This document shows, one piece after another, positions 1-9,215 of a stretch of 64,000 nucleotides of DNA (its first letter is position 1; each line of letters begins with the position of its first letter). The notes beneath the pieces were generated by a model that saw nothing but the letters and a program-made list of their open reading frames with translations, made no database searches and was not told the origin of the DNA. Origin of the DNA: an uncultured delta proteobacterium (GTDB lineage: Bacteria; Desulfobacterota; Binatia; UBA9968); NCBI GenBank assembly GCA_963771465.1, contig CAVYTU010000008.1, positions 96,001 through 160,000 on the forward strand. Direction: 5' to 3'. Made by a program: the position numbers and the translations under genes.

Positions 1-729
1 GTCATCGGCATACCGTTGTGTATAACGATTCGCCGCTCCCCGGAATCCATGGGTTTACTGCCCGACGGTGACAGCGCCAACGGGATCGGCGCCGGCGGCG
101 AGCTGAATCGCGACGGCACAAGCAAAAAATTGCGCGGCGATGTCGACGTGACTCTGAACGAAGCATTTCGCTCGTTCACTTTCTGGACACTCGTGTTTGG
201 CAACGGCGTACGTAATATGGCCTACCACGGCATCTCGACACACTTCGTGCCGATGATGGTATGGAAAGGCGCGAGCCAGGCTGAAGCAGCATTGTTACTG
301 GGCGCTTTTGCATTCCTCGGCCTGATCGCCACCCTCGGCTTTGGTTGGTTTGCCGACCGCGTCAACAAGCCGCGCTTGGTATCGACGATACTTTTCATCG
401 CCGCGGGCGGTATGCTGTTGCCGCTGTTCGGCGACTCGATCTGGGTCCTTTGGCTGTTCACCGCGCTCTTCACCTGCGTCGAAGCCACCTACGCGGTCGG
501 TTGGGCGGTGGTCGGCGACTTCTTCGGCCGCAAACACTTCGCCAAGATTCGCGGCTACATGAGTTTTTTTTACATGTGGGGCGGCGTCGCCGGCCCAGTC
601 ATCGCCGGCGCGATCTTTGACCGCTGGCAAACCTACGAGCCGCTACTCTGGGGTTTGATCGGCCTCTTCTCTCTGGCGGGAGTGACGTTCAGGATGCTCA
701 GCAAAAAGTGGGAAATGCTGCGCGAGTGA
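1..729 (+). CDS. MFS transporter (C-terminal part, truncated by window edge)
   Basis: Multiple hydrophobic helices; MFS motif GWFADRVNKP; 'VVGDFFGRKHFAKIRG' typical of OFA/MCT-like MFS; frame is open from the window start. Confidence 0.85.
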   Translation, partial: VIGIPLCITIRRSPESMGLLPDGDSANGIGAGGELNRDGTSKKLRGDVDVTLNEAFRSFTFWTLVFGNGVRNMAYHGISTHFVPMMVWKGASQAEAALLLGAFAFLGLIATLGFGWFADRVNKPRLVSTILFIAAGGMLLPLFGDSIWVLWLFTALFTCVEATYAVGWAVVGDFFGRKHFAKIRGYMSFFYMWGGVAGPVIAGAIFDRWQTYEPLLWGLIGLFSLAGVTFRMLSKKWEMLRE

Positions 730-746
730 TAAGTTCACTAAAATCA

Positions 747-906
747 AAATCCGAAATCCGAAGCTCTAAATCCGAAACAAAAAAGAAACAAAACGAATTC
801 AAACCGTGAGAAATTTCAAAACAACGATTCCAAATCTGAGTTGTTTGGAAGATTTCTTTTGTTTTCTGTTTAATTGAATTTGTTTCGGATTTCGTGCTTC
901 GAATTT
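747..906. repeat. Long imperfect inverted repeat built from AAATCCG-like heptamers
   Basis: Left arm aaatccgaagctctaaatccgaaacaa (754-780) pairs with ttgtttcggatttcgtgcttcgaattt (880-906); inner ttcaaaacaac/gttgtttggaa arms; lies between convergent genes. Confidence 0.85.
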
Positions 907-948
907 TCCCCGCGATTCGACTACTTTCTTAACTCCATTCATTCCCAT

Positions 949-1971
949 TCAGCCCAGTTTCGGCAACCCATCGTTCTGCGGCTCGTAGTCCCGATTTTCC
1001 TTGCGCCGGCGTTGCACCGAGTCGTCGACGACCTCGTTGCCGAACTTGGCCGCGCCAATGATGCGGTAGTGGCGCGGATTCTTTCTAGCATACAGTCCGC
1101 GGAGAAACTTTCCGTAAGAGTCCGTGGCTTCGCCGAGATAATTTTTCTCGCCGGCCTGCACGGCATCCACGGCCAGACCAAGCGCACTCGCTTTGTCCTG
1201 AATCCAATGAAGAGTCGCGTCAGCAAGCCGCCGGTCGGGATAGCCACCGCCAACATCGCAGTGCGCGCCGGCAAACCAGCGTTGTTCCAACGTTTGCTGC
1301 GGCGCCGCATCGGGATTCCACAAGCAAACATCATATTCGCCGCGGTGCTCGTCGACGGCGATGGCATGGTAAGCGTTCTCCACAATCGTGCTCAGATTAG
1401 TGTCATGGAACTCGTAGAACTTCATGTTCAAGTCTTTGAGAATATCGACCGGAATGCCGAGCGCGCCGACGGTATCCCACACGCCGATGAATTTGATCTT
1501 GATCTCGCGGCTAAAGGACGAACGAAACAACTTCGCGGTGAAAGAATCGGCGTCGTCACCGCGGGTACGGTAAATGCCGTACGCCATCGCCACGCGCAGC
1601 CCCAAGTGCTTGGGCAGAATCAAGCCGCAGTTGCGGATCATGCCGACCAAACTCCGCGCCGTGTACGCGCCGCGGCTAAAACCGAGCACATACACCTCGT
1701 CACCATCCTCATAGTTCTCGGCGAGAAACTGATAACCCTGCACGATGTTCAGCTCTAACCCGGCGCCGATGGCGCCGCCGATGAAGCGATCGTACCATTT
1801 GGTCCCGACCCCCTCGTCGTACCATTTAACCTGCTTTGTGCCATCCGCCGACTGCGCGCGAACCGATTCGTAAAATCGCCGCACGTTGGTCTCAACCTGC
1901 GGATCGGCAGAGGACGTTTCATCAGCCGGTTTGTTCCAAGTCCCATCGAAGCATATGACGATGCGTTTCAT
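949..1971 (-). CDS. DUF2235 / Tle1-like alpha-beta hydrolase domain protein
   Basis: MKRIVICFDGTWN, GFSRGAYTARSL nucleophile elbow, IGVWDTVGALG, HAIAVDEHR, WFAGAHCDVGGGY; GGAGG RBS before ATG at 1971. Confidence 0.9.
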   Translation of the reverse strand: MKRIVICFDGTWNKPADETSSADPQVETNVRRFYESVRAQSADGTKQVKWYDEGVGTKWYDRFIGGAIGAGLELNIVQGYQFLAENYEDGDEVYVLGFSRGAYTARSLVGMIRNCGLILPKHLGLRVAMAYGIYRTRGDDADSFTAKLFRSSFSREIKIKFIGVWDTVGALGIPVDILKDLNMKFYEFHDTNLSTIVENAYHAIAVDEHRGEYDVCLWNPDAAPQQTLEQRWFAGAHCDVGGGYPDRRLADATLHWIQDKASALGLAVDAVQAGEKNYLGEATDSYGKFLRGLYARKNPRHYRIIGAAKFGNEVVDDSVQRRRKENRDYEPQNDGLPKLG

Positions 1972-1986
1972 AAAACCTCCCGTGAA

Positions 1987-2064
1987 GATTGCAGCGATGG
2001 AGTGTTGGAGTAATGGGGTTCCGCACCCAACATTCCAATACTCCATCACTCCGTTACTCCAATC
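1987..2064. repeat. Inverted array of 8-nt TGGAGTAA/TTACTCCA-like repeats (hairpin)
   Basis: gattgcagcgatggagtgttggagtaatggg versus cccaacattccaatactccatcactccgttactccaatc. Confidence 0.85.
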
Positions 2065-2075
2065 TACGCCTCATT

Positions 2076-3776
2076 TTAGTTGAACCACTGCTTCTGCCGC
2101 AAGATATAATCCGCCATGCGGTAACTGAGAGCGGCCACCGTCGCCGTCGGCGGGTAGCCGGACATGGTGGGAAACACCGATGAGCCGACGATGAAGAGAT
2201 TGTCAATGTCGTGGGTCTGGCAAAATGGATTGACCACCGAGTTTTTCCCATCGGCGCCCATGCGCGTACCGCCGGCCCACCGGTTGGGCCGGCCCTTTTC
2301 CTCCGTCCACACGCGGTTTGCGCCGGTCGCCTGCATGATTTTCTCGCCAACGCCGGCTAGATATTTTTGCAAGCGATGCTCGTTCTGGTGAAACTCGAAG
2401 GTCACGCGCGGCAGCGGCAAGCCCCAGCGGTCACGATGACGCGGATCGAGATCGACGCGATTGGCGCCATGCGGCAGAGTCTCGGGCTGCATATTCAAAT
2501 CCATCGTCCGGGTGTAGTAGCGAGTGTAAAAATCCTTGAACTCCTTGCCCCAGCTCGGCACGCCGGGCGGCAAGACATCGAGGCGCGTCACCGGCGTGCC
2601 GTCGCCGCTGGTGCCGATCGTTCCGCCGCGGATGAAACCCAGATCGCTGTGATCGAAGTTGTTGCCGTTGAAATCATCGATGCGCATCGCCGCCGAACCA
2701 GGGCCGATAAATCCATTGATGATAAAATCATCGAAGGTGCCCATGGCGCGCACGTCGCCGTGGGCCATGATATTGCGGCCAACGTAGCCGCTGCTGTTGG
2801 CCAATCCCTTGGCGAACCGGCCTTTGCCCGTTTTGGAAATCAGCAGCAAACGCGCATGCTCGAAAACAAACGCGCTCAAGATCACCACGCTCGCGCGTTG
2901 TTCGCGCGCGGTGCCGTCGGGATCGAAATAGCTGACGCCGCTGACTTGGCCCGAACTATCAGTGTTGAGACGGAAGACTTTGGTATTTGTTTTCAGTTCG
3001 AAATTGCCGGTCTCGAGGGCGACGGGTATCGTAATGTAGAGCGATGCCGCCTTGGCGTGCACATGGCAGCCGTAAAAATTGCAATGGCCGCAATAAACGC
3101 AGGCCGGCCGCTCGGCAATGCGCGTATCGAACGGCGCCCCCGGCTGGTACGGCGCGGAAGCGATACCCGCCGAGGTGTCGTAAGCATGATAGCCAAGTTT
3201 TTGGCACGCTTCGGCAAATAGTTTCATACGCGCGCTGTGGCGCAGCGGCGGCAGCGGAAAGCCGCGCCGGCGCGGTCCGGCGAAGGGATTCGTCCCAGCT
3301 TGCCCAGACACGCCGAACTCCCATTCAAATTTCTCGTAATACGGTTCGAGATCATCGTAGCTGAGCGGCCAGTCGATGATGTCGTAGCCGGTCAAATCGG
3401 CTTTGGCGCGCTCGGCGTTGCCGCTGTCAATCTCATTGCTGTAGAGTTTGAAATCCTCCGGCATGTAGCGCGACGACTGTCCAGTCCAGTGCAACAGTGC
3501 GCCGCCCAAAACATTGAGCGGGCTGGTGCGGTATTGCACGCTGGTCTTGTCGCCGGATTTTTTCCGGGTTGTGGTCGGCTCGTGGCGCACCCATTCGAGC
3601 TGCTCGGGACGAATCAGAAAACGAATCGAATCGCGCGGCGCGTAATCTTCTTTTTTCGGTGCCGGACCGCGCTCGAAGCCGACGACTTTCAATCCGGCCG
3701 ACGAAAGCTCCTTGGCGATAATTCCGCCCAGACCACCGACACCGACTATGCAGACATCCGCAATCCCGTCCGCCAT
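2076..3776 (-). CDS. GMC-family flavoprotein, gluconate 2-dehydrogenase large subunit-like
   Basis: Rossmann VGVGGLGG, GGALLHW, DWPLSYDDLEPYY, Cys cluster CVYCGHCNFYGC, C-terminal GGTRMG...SVFPT; AAGGAG RBS. Confidence 0.9.
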   Translation of the reverse strand: MADGIADVCIVGVGGLGGIIAKELSSAGLKVVGFERGPAPKKEDYAPRDSIRFLIRPEQLEWVRHEPTTTRKKSGDKTSVQYRTSPLNVLGGALLHWTGQSSRYMPEDFKLYSNEIDSGNAERAKADLTGYDIIDWPLSYDDLEPYYEKFEWEFGVSGQAGTNPFAGPRRRGFPLPPLRHSARMKLFAEACQKLGYHAYDTSAGIASAPYQPGAPFDTRIAERPACVYCGHCNFYGCHVHAKAASLYITIPVALETGNFELKTNTKVFRLNTDSSGQVSGVSYFDPDGTAREQRASVVILSAFVFEHARLLLISKTGKGRFAKGLANSSGYVGRNIMAHGDVRAMGTFDDFIINGFIGPGSAAMRIDDFNGNNFDHSDLGFIRGGTIGTSGDGTPVTRLDVLPPGVPSWGKEFKDFYTRYYTRTMDLNMQPETLPHGANRVDLDPRHRDRWGLPLPRVTFEFHQNEHRLQKYLAGVGEKIMQATGANRVWTEEKGRPNRWAGGTRMGADGKNSVVNPFCQTHDIDNLFIVGSSVFPTMSGYPPTATVAALSYRMADYILRQKQWFN

Positions 3777-3778
3777 GA

Positions 3779-4300
3779 TCACTTCTCCTTCGACTTGCGG
3801 TAGTCCACCGAAACCGGTTCCAAGTCGACGCGCTTATCGATGTACGCATCGGCGTACCCGAACTGCTGACCAGGAAAGTCAACCAGGCGCCATCCGGTCA
3901 TATCTTTATTGCCGCCATACTGCGGCTCGCAAAACACTCCTTCTAAAACATGGTAACGCACCATTTCGAAAAACTCCGCAGCTTGCGCGAACGTATCCTG
4001 CACGCCGACCTCAAAATCACGCAACACGGTATCTTGCTCACCTGCCGAGAGTTCGATGAAATCCTTGGCGAATTTAACGCGAGAATAGCGTTGCAACATA
4101 CGCAACCCTTGACGATAGAGCGGCGCCAGCGCAGCGTAGTCGCCGGCCAAGGCGATCTCGATATAGTTCACCGCGCCGATCTCCACTGCGCCGGGCGTGT
4201 CGGTCGTGGGAAAAATTCGGCTGGCTATCGTGGTCAAAATTTCCATTTCTTCAGAACTGAGAACGATTGTAGATTCGACCTTGTTGTCGCTCATAGCCAT
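3779..4300 (-). CDS. Gluconate 2-dehydrogenase subunit 3 (gamma) family protein
   Basis: RIFPTTDTPGAVEIGAVNYIE and EGVFCEPQYGGNKDMTGWRLVDFPG motifs; abuts the GMC gene. Confidence 0.88.
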   Translation of the reverse strand: MAMSDNKVESTIVLSSEEMEILTTIASRIFPTTDTPGAVEIGAVNYIEIALAGDYAALAPLYRQGLRMLQRYSRVKFAKDFIELSAGEQDTVLRDFEVGVQDTFAQAAEFFEMVRYHVLEGVFCEPQYGGNKDMTGWRLVDFPGQQFGYADAYIDKRVDLEPVSVDYRKSKEK

Positions 4301-4388
4301 GGAAACAAAAACTCTCCTCGAGATTATCTCTCTACCTGAATACAGAATTGGCTTGGGAAACGGTAGCGAAAGCGGAAAAATAATACGT

Positions 4389-4982
4389 CTACGTGCCGCT
4401 CGGATCGAAACGGGTGGACGGTCTCGCGGCGAATATGTGGTCGAAGCAGTCAAGCAGCCGCGCCGATTCGCTTTCGACGATGAGTAACGCGCGGTGCTTC
4501 GGTTTGATGAAATCCTCGGTCACGGCGTGATCGAGAAATTGAATCAATGGATCGTAATAGCCGGCTACATTGAGCAGTCCGCATGGCTTTTCATGAATTC
4601 CCAACTGCGCCCAGCTCAAGACTTCGAAAAACTCCTCCATCGTGCCGATGCCGCCGGGCATGGCGATAAAACCATTCGACAACTCCGCCATCAACGCCTT
4701 GCGCTCATGCATCGACTGCACCACGCGCAGTTCCGTCAAGCCTCGATGCGCCACCTCTTTGCTGACGAGGGAATCAGGAATCACGCCGGTCACATGGCCG
4801 TTCAATTGCAGTACCGTGTCAGCGATAACGTTCATCAACCCAACGTTGCCGCCACCGTAAACCAATCCGTAATTGCGCACGACCAGCTCGCGACCGAGTA
4901 GCTTTGCTGCTTCGGCGTATTCAGATCGTGCGCCACCGCGGGAGCCGGTAAAGACACAGATTTGGCGGGTCAAATTATTCAT
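4389..4982 (-). CDS. LOG family nucleotide 5'-monophosphate nucleosidase (TIGR00730-like)
   Basis: ICVFTGS, LVYGGGNVGLM, SMHERK, PGGIGTMEE motif. Confidence 0.92.
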   Translation of the reverse strand: MNNLTRQICVFTGSRGGARSEYAEAAKLLGRELVVRNYGLVYGGGNVGLMNVIADTVLQLNGHVTGVIPDSLVSKEVAHRGLTELRVVQSMHERKALMAELSNGFIAMPGGIGTMEEFFEVLSWAQLGIHEKPCGLLNVAGYYDPLIQFLDHAVTEDFIKPKHRALLIVESESARLLDCFDHIFAARPSTRFDPSGT

Positions 4983-5187
4983 AGAAGTGAAACTCTCCGC
5001 AAAATTTCCTCATGTCCCTGTGTTACTGCGGCATCGATTGTAAATCGAACCATCGCGTTCGTCTACGGTCTAAGAGTGACCCCACATGTCGGACCGTCGC
5101 TCAGCCTATTCGATCAAAATCCGCTTGAGCTTCGAACGCCGTCCAGAGCGAGCAAAGCAAGTGAACCGATAGCGGGAGCGTTGTCTG

Positions 5188-5273
5188 GAATAACCCGCCA
5201 ATCGTTAGGGAGATAAGCCGCCACCCTGGGCGGCTTTTGGCGGAACACTTATCGTTGACAAGTTGGGTTAGCC
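5188..5273 (+). mobile_element. attC-like imperfect palindrome (degenerate)
   Basis: TAACCC (5191-5196) ... GGGTTA (5265-5270) ends; internal gataag/cttatc and ccgcca/tggcgg arms; ends in GTTAGCC (GTTRRRY). Confidence 0.35.
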
Positions 5274-5298
5274 GTTGGACATTGCAACCGATTTAGAT

Positions 5299-5374
5299 TT
5301 ATTGTCGGAGCCGTCGCCAGAGATAAGCCGACCGGCATTTGTCGCCGCCTACGGCGGCTCCTTAATAGTTAGGC
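5299..5374 (+). mobile_element. attC-like site, 3' half ending in core site GTTAGGC
   Basis: ggagccgtcg/cggcggctcc stem followed by ttaataGTTAGGC (5368-5374) just upstream of the kinase RBS; shares gagataagccg with the previous palindrome. Confidence 0.5.
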
Positions 5375-5415
5375 GGCCAGAGCCTCGAAATGCGCTAAGT
5401 CAAGATGGAGGCGCG

Positions 5416-6549
5416 ATGACCATCAATGTTCTGGACCAACTGGCAGCGCTCGTCAAGCAGGAGCGCCAGGCTTTGCTGTCGCGCTGGCGGCAACAGGTGC
5501 GGCACCTGCCTTCTGCACGCCAGCTTGATGTACCGACTCTCAATGATCACATACCTTCACTGCTTGACGAATTGGCTGCGGCCCTCCAATCAAAGTCTGA
5601 CCAGACAATTCCAGAGGCGCTTAGCAGTCCTCCGGCTCATGGTCTCCAGCGTCTCCAGGAGGCATTTGATATTGAAGAGGTGGTTGCGGAGTACAACATC
5701 CTCCGCGCCTGCATCCACGATCTTGCCGACGACAACGGTTTAACCCTCCAAGGGAAGCCTTTCCACATTATCAACCGGGTTCTCGACCATGCCATCGGCT
5801 TGGCCTTGCAGACCTATGCCACTCAACGCGCGCTGGAGGTGCAGCGGCGCCGGGAAGAGTATCTCGCCTTTGTGGCGCACGATCTCCGAACACCGCTGAA
5901 TGCCATTTCCATGGCTGGGAGAGTCCTGGAAATGACCCTCCCGGGGCGCGGCGCTGAAGCAACGCAAATGCTGAAGGCCTTGCGTCGCAGCGTGCAGCAT
6001 CTCGAAGGCCTGGTCGCTAAGGTGCTCGAGGAAAACACGAATCTCCAAACGGAAATCGGGATCAAGTTGGAGCGCCGCGAGTTCGATTTGTGGCCCCTCG
6101 TTGAAGCCCTCATACACGATCTCCATCCAGTGGCCGGGACCAACAGTACCCGACTGATCAACGAGGTACCCGACGAGTTGAGCGTCTACGCGGATGCGAG
6201 TTTGTTGAGGCGCGTCTTTCAGAACTTGATCGGCAACGCCATTAAATTCACGCCTCGCGGGGAAGTTCTCATCGGGGCGCGAGAACTCGACGGGGAAGAT
6301 GCCGTTGAGTGCTGGGTCGGCGACAACGGTGCGGGCATCTCCGAAGAGCTTCTCGACATAATCTTCGACAAGGGAGAAACCGATCCGGAGAACGCGGGTG
6401 GAATGGGCCTGGGACTCGCCATCGTGAAGACGTTCACGGAGGCTCATGGCGGGAAGGTGACCGTCGAAAGCAAAGAAGGAGTCGGCTCGACATTCCGGTT
6501 TTCGCTTCCAACCAAGGCGAATGTAGGCGGCCTAACCAATAAGGATTGA
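5416..6549 (+). CDS. Orphan cytoplasmic sensor histidine kinase with RsbRD_N-like N-terminal domain
   Basis: H-box AHDLRTPLNAI, N-box NLIGNAIKFT, G1 DNGAGI, G2 GMGLGLAIV; N-terminal 'AHGLQRLQEAFDIEEVVAEYNILR'; GGAGG RBS; no TM helix. Confidence 0.9.
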   Translation: MTINVLDQLAALVKQERQALLSRWRQQVRHLPSARQLDVPTLNDHIPSLLDELAAALQSKSDQTIPEALSSPPAHGLQRLQEAFDIEEVVAEYNILRACIHDLADDNGLTLQGKPFHIINRVLDHAIGLALQTYATQRALEVQRRREEYLAFVAHDLRTPLNAISMAGRVLEMTLPGRGAEATQMLKALRRSVQHLEGLVAKVLEENTNLQTEIGIKLERREFDLWPLVEALIHDLHPVAGTNSTRLINEVPDELSVYADASLLRRVFQNLIGNAIKFTPRGEVLIGARELDGEDAVECWVGDNGAGISEELLDIIFDKGETDPENAGGMGLGLAIVKTFTEAHGGKVTVESKEGVGSTFRFSLPTKANVGGLTNKD

Positions 6550-6585
6550 GACGACTTCACAAGTCGATTCAATCCGGTGTTCAAG
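6530..6585 (+). mobile_element. attC-like site (~56 nt) at kinase 3' end
   Basis: GCCTAAC (RYYYAAC) - ggattga.gacgact / agtcg.attcaatcc stem - GTT; overlaps the kinase stop codon. Confidence 0.55.
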
Positions 6586-7254
6586 AAGCCCGTGGTTGAA
6601 ACAGCGCCGATCAATATACGGGTAAAGGTTGTGAAGTTTGGTTTGCGCCGAGGAAAGTGAAGGTCAGATTGGCCGTGTGTATCGACGCGCAGTGAATTTA
6701 GAGTAGTAATGTTTGCTCAAGGTTAGTTTTTTTCTCGTAGGTCACCTCCCAAAAGAGAGCATCGGCAAACGCTCTTGGCAACCTTGCCGCACCACGGCGC
6801 ATCCCCTTTGAGCCTTAATACGCGGGGAGGAATGGCGAAACGAGTATTGGAAAAAAAGAGAGGACATTCTGAATTTTAGCCTAACCTTTCGCTTCAGACC
6901 GATCGCTGACAGCGTCGGCTGAGCTTCGCGTTTCGGCGGCAATCACGCATGGCTCAAATAACTTTCCTTGCCACCAATCAGGACTGCTAAACCATATGGA
7001 ACATCATTCTCATCGAGATGGGTTTGATGGCGGCTGCCACGGGAGAGCGGGCAATCGCAATGAGAAATGCCTTAGAAATGCACCAGGAAGGCGTGATCCT
7101 ACGGGCCGGTGAGATAATCTATTCCCCGATCACGAGCAGCCACCGAAACAGGCGTTGCACTTGACCGGGCCGGCATCACGGGTTTCCGTGACATCAAGTT
7201 CCTTGCAGCCGGCCCGCCAAGTGAACTGTGTCGTCGGGCTCACTCAACTCATTC

Positions 7255-8253
7255 TCACTTCCACAGCTTCTGAATAAACCCTTCCTTCTCCAGCTCGGCG
7301 AAGAAACGTCCGTCGATGAACTGTTCCGGCTTCAGATTGGCGGCGCGCGGGTCGGTTTCGGCCATCTGGTCGAGGACCGTTTTTATCGGCTCCGGCGTTG
7401 GCCGCGGGATCCTTGGGATATTCTGAACGATGTACAGATCGTAGAGATCGTTGACCAACGCCAAGTCATTATTGCGCATGTACTTGCTCATAACCTGGAC
7501 ACTGACGGCGCGTTGCGTCTTGGCAAAGTGGACACCGTCGGCGTAAGCGCGGATGAATTTTCTGACGGTGTTTTCATTGCGCTTGATGTAGGAACGAGTG
7601 GTGACGATCGACGAGGTGGGAAAGCTAAGTCCCATCTTGGAAATATCGGCAACATCGCGAAACCCGTCCCGCCGCGCTAGGATGGCGAGCTCGGCGTTGA
7701 TCACACCGGCATCGACGGCGCCGGTTCGCAGCGCCGCCAAGATGTCGGTCACGCCGCCGATCTGGATCACGGCGAAATCCCGTTGCCGTTTGATCGGCCA
7801 TTGGCTCTCTGCGAAGCGCAAACCGAAATCCGTCGCTGAGCCAAAGCGCGAGATGCCGATCTTTTTGCCTTTCAAATCTTCCACGCTGCGGATTTCGGGC
7901 TTGGCCATCACGACGAAGGTAAAGACATTCAACGAGCTGGCGATAATGACCAGATCACCGCCTGCCAGATTGGCGTTGACGACCGCGCCGCCGGTAAAAG
8001 TCCCGATCGGCACTTCGCCCGACTGCACCACTTGCGCCGCGCGTCCGCCACCGCCAACGTAAAGTAATTCGACGTCCAAACCATGCTTGCGGAAAACTCC
8101 CGCCTCGTGGGGAATCCAAAACGACGCCTGAGAGCCGGCGATGGCGCTGTAAGTCAAGCGCAGCTTTTCCAGCGGCGCCTGCGCATGGCAATTGAACGTC
8201 ACAGCGCAGTAAGCCAATAAGCTGGCGGAGAGAACGAAAACCAATCGTCTCAT
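7255..8253 (-). CDS. ABC transporter substrate-binding protein, NitT/TauT (SsuA/NMT1) family
   Basis: Signal peptide; GVFRKHGLDVEL, DLKGKKIGISRFGSATD, C-terminal FIDGRFFAELEKEGFI. Confidence 0.9.
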   Translation of the reverse strand: MRRLVFVLSASLLAYCAVTFNCHAQAPLEKLRLTYSAIAGSQASFWIPHEAGVFRKHGLDVELLYVGGGGRAAQVVQSGEVPIGTFTGGAVVNANLAGGDLVIIASSLNVFTFVVMAKPEIRSVEDLKGKKIGISRFGSATDFGLRFAESQWPIKRQRDFAVIQIGGVTDILAALRTGAVDAGVINAELAILARRDGFRDVADISKMGLSFPTSSIVTTRSYIKRNENTVRKFIRAYADGVHFAKTQRAVSVQVMSKYMRNNDLALVNDLYDLYIVQNIPRIPRPTPEPIKTVLDQMAETDPRAANLKPEQFIDGRFFAELEKEGFIQKLWK

Positions 8254-8363
8254 GATGTCCTCGATAGCGTAATCACCGCTCGGAGACAATCGGCCCCTCA
8301 GCCAGGGCAACGTCAAAGTCAGTTTCTCCGTGGTGAATGGTCTTCACAAGTCCGGGTTGTCCG

Positions 8364-8438
8364 AAAATCCCCCTTCCCCCTTTTTCAAAGGGGGAATTCA
8401 AAGTCTCCCTTTGCAAAGGGAGATTTAGAGGGATTTTT
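8364..8438. repeat. REP-like branched palindrome
   Basis: Outer aaaatccc/gggatttt stem enclosing two hairpins, ttcccccttt-ttc-aaagggggaa and tctcccttt-gc-aaagggaga. Confidence 0.85.
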
Positions 8439-8500
8439 CAACCCTGCCCAACGCGACTTTGACGAGGTCATGCGACCTCGGCAATCAGCGCCTAGACAGT

Positions 8501-9172
8501 TTATTTTTGCCGCGCGGCAGCGGCGCGCGCCAGAATGAGCTCCAGCGGTTCGTCGCTGAGCGACTCCATGCGATGATCGGCGTGATCGAGGGGCATGCGG
8601 CAAGTCACGAGGTTGGGCACGGCGACGCAGAAAATTCCCGCGGCTTGCGCGGCGATCACGCCGTTGGGCGAATCTTCGAACGCGACAGCCTCATGCGCTG
8701 CGACACCCAAGTCGTCGAGCACCGCGCGATACGGACCGGGTTCGGGTTTATGCGTTTCGGTGTCTTCGAAGCACTTGGTCGAGTGAAAGTAGTCGAGCAG
8801 TTTAAGCCGCGCCAAGTGGCCACGCACATGAGCACCAGACGAGCTCGACGCTATGCCTATTTTCAATGCCATCGCCGCAGCGCTGCGTAAATAATCGTGC
8901 ACACCCGGCAACACCGGTTGCGCCTCCGTCAACGCGACGACCCGCGCACGCCGTGTTAAGCGCAGCGCGTCGATGTCGACGGCAGGATTAATATTTTGGT
9001 GGAAATAACTGTAAAGATCGAAATGGTTGGCTGGCCGGCCGACCAAATCGGCCCACAGATCGAAGCCCAACTCCCGGCCATGCTCGGCAAAAACTTCTTG
9101 CCAAACTTGCAGCTCAGGACTCTCGCTGTCGATGATGATGCCATCGAAATCAAAGATCAGCGCTTTGATCAT
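8501..9172 (-). CDS. HAD-superfamily hydrolase (beta-phosphoglucomutase/CbbY-like)
   Basis: IFDFDGIIIDSE motif I, ASSS motif II, KPEP, AFEDSPNG motif IV. Confidence 0.92.
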   Translation of the reverse strand: MIKALIFDFDGIIIDSESPELQVWQEVFAEHGRELGFDLWADLVGRPANHFDLYSYFHQNINPAVDIDALRLTRRARVVALTEAQPVLPGVHDYLRSAAAMALKIGIASSSSGAHVRGHLARLKLLDYFHSTKCFEDTETHKPEPGPYRAVLDDLGVAAHEAVAFEDSPNGVIAAQAAGIFCVAVPNLVTCRMPLDHADHRMESLSDEPLELILARAAAARQK

Positions 9173-9215
9173 TTATTTTGCACCGGCATCAAAGTCTGGC
9201 AACGGCGCATGCAGA

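Noticed and set aside
747-906. CRISPR array interpretation of the repeat regions
   Set aside because: The units are 7-8 nt, degenerate and inverted, with no regular spacers and no cas genes.
4301-4330. SRRVFV twin-arginine-like motif upstream of the dehydrogenase small subunit
   Set aside because: It coincides with the AGGAG ribosome-binding site, has no plausible nearby start and is not followed by a hydrophobic region.
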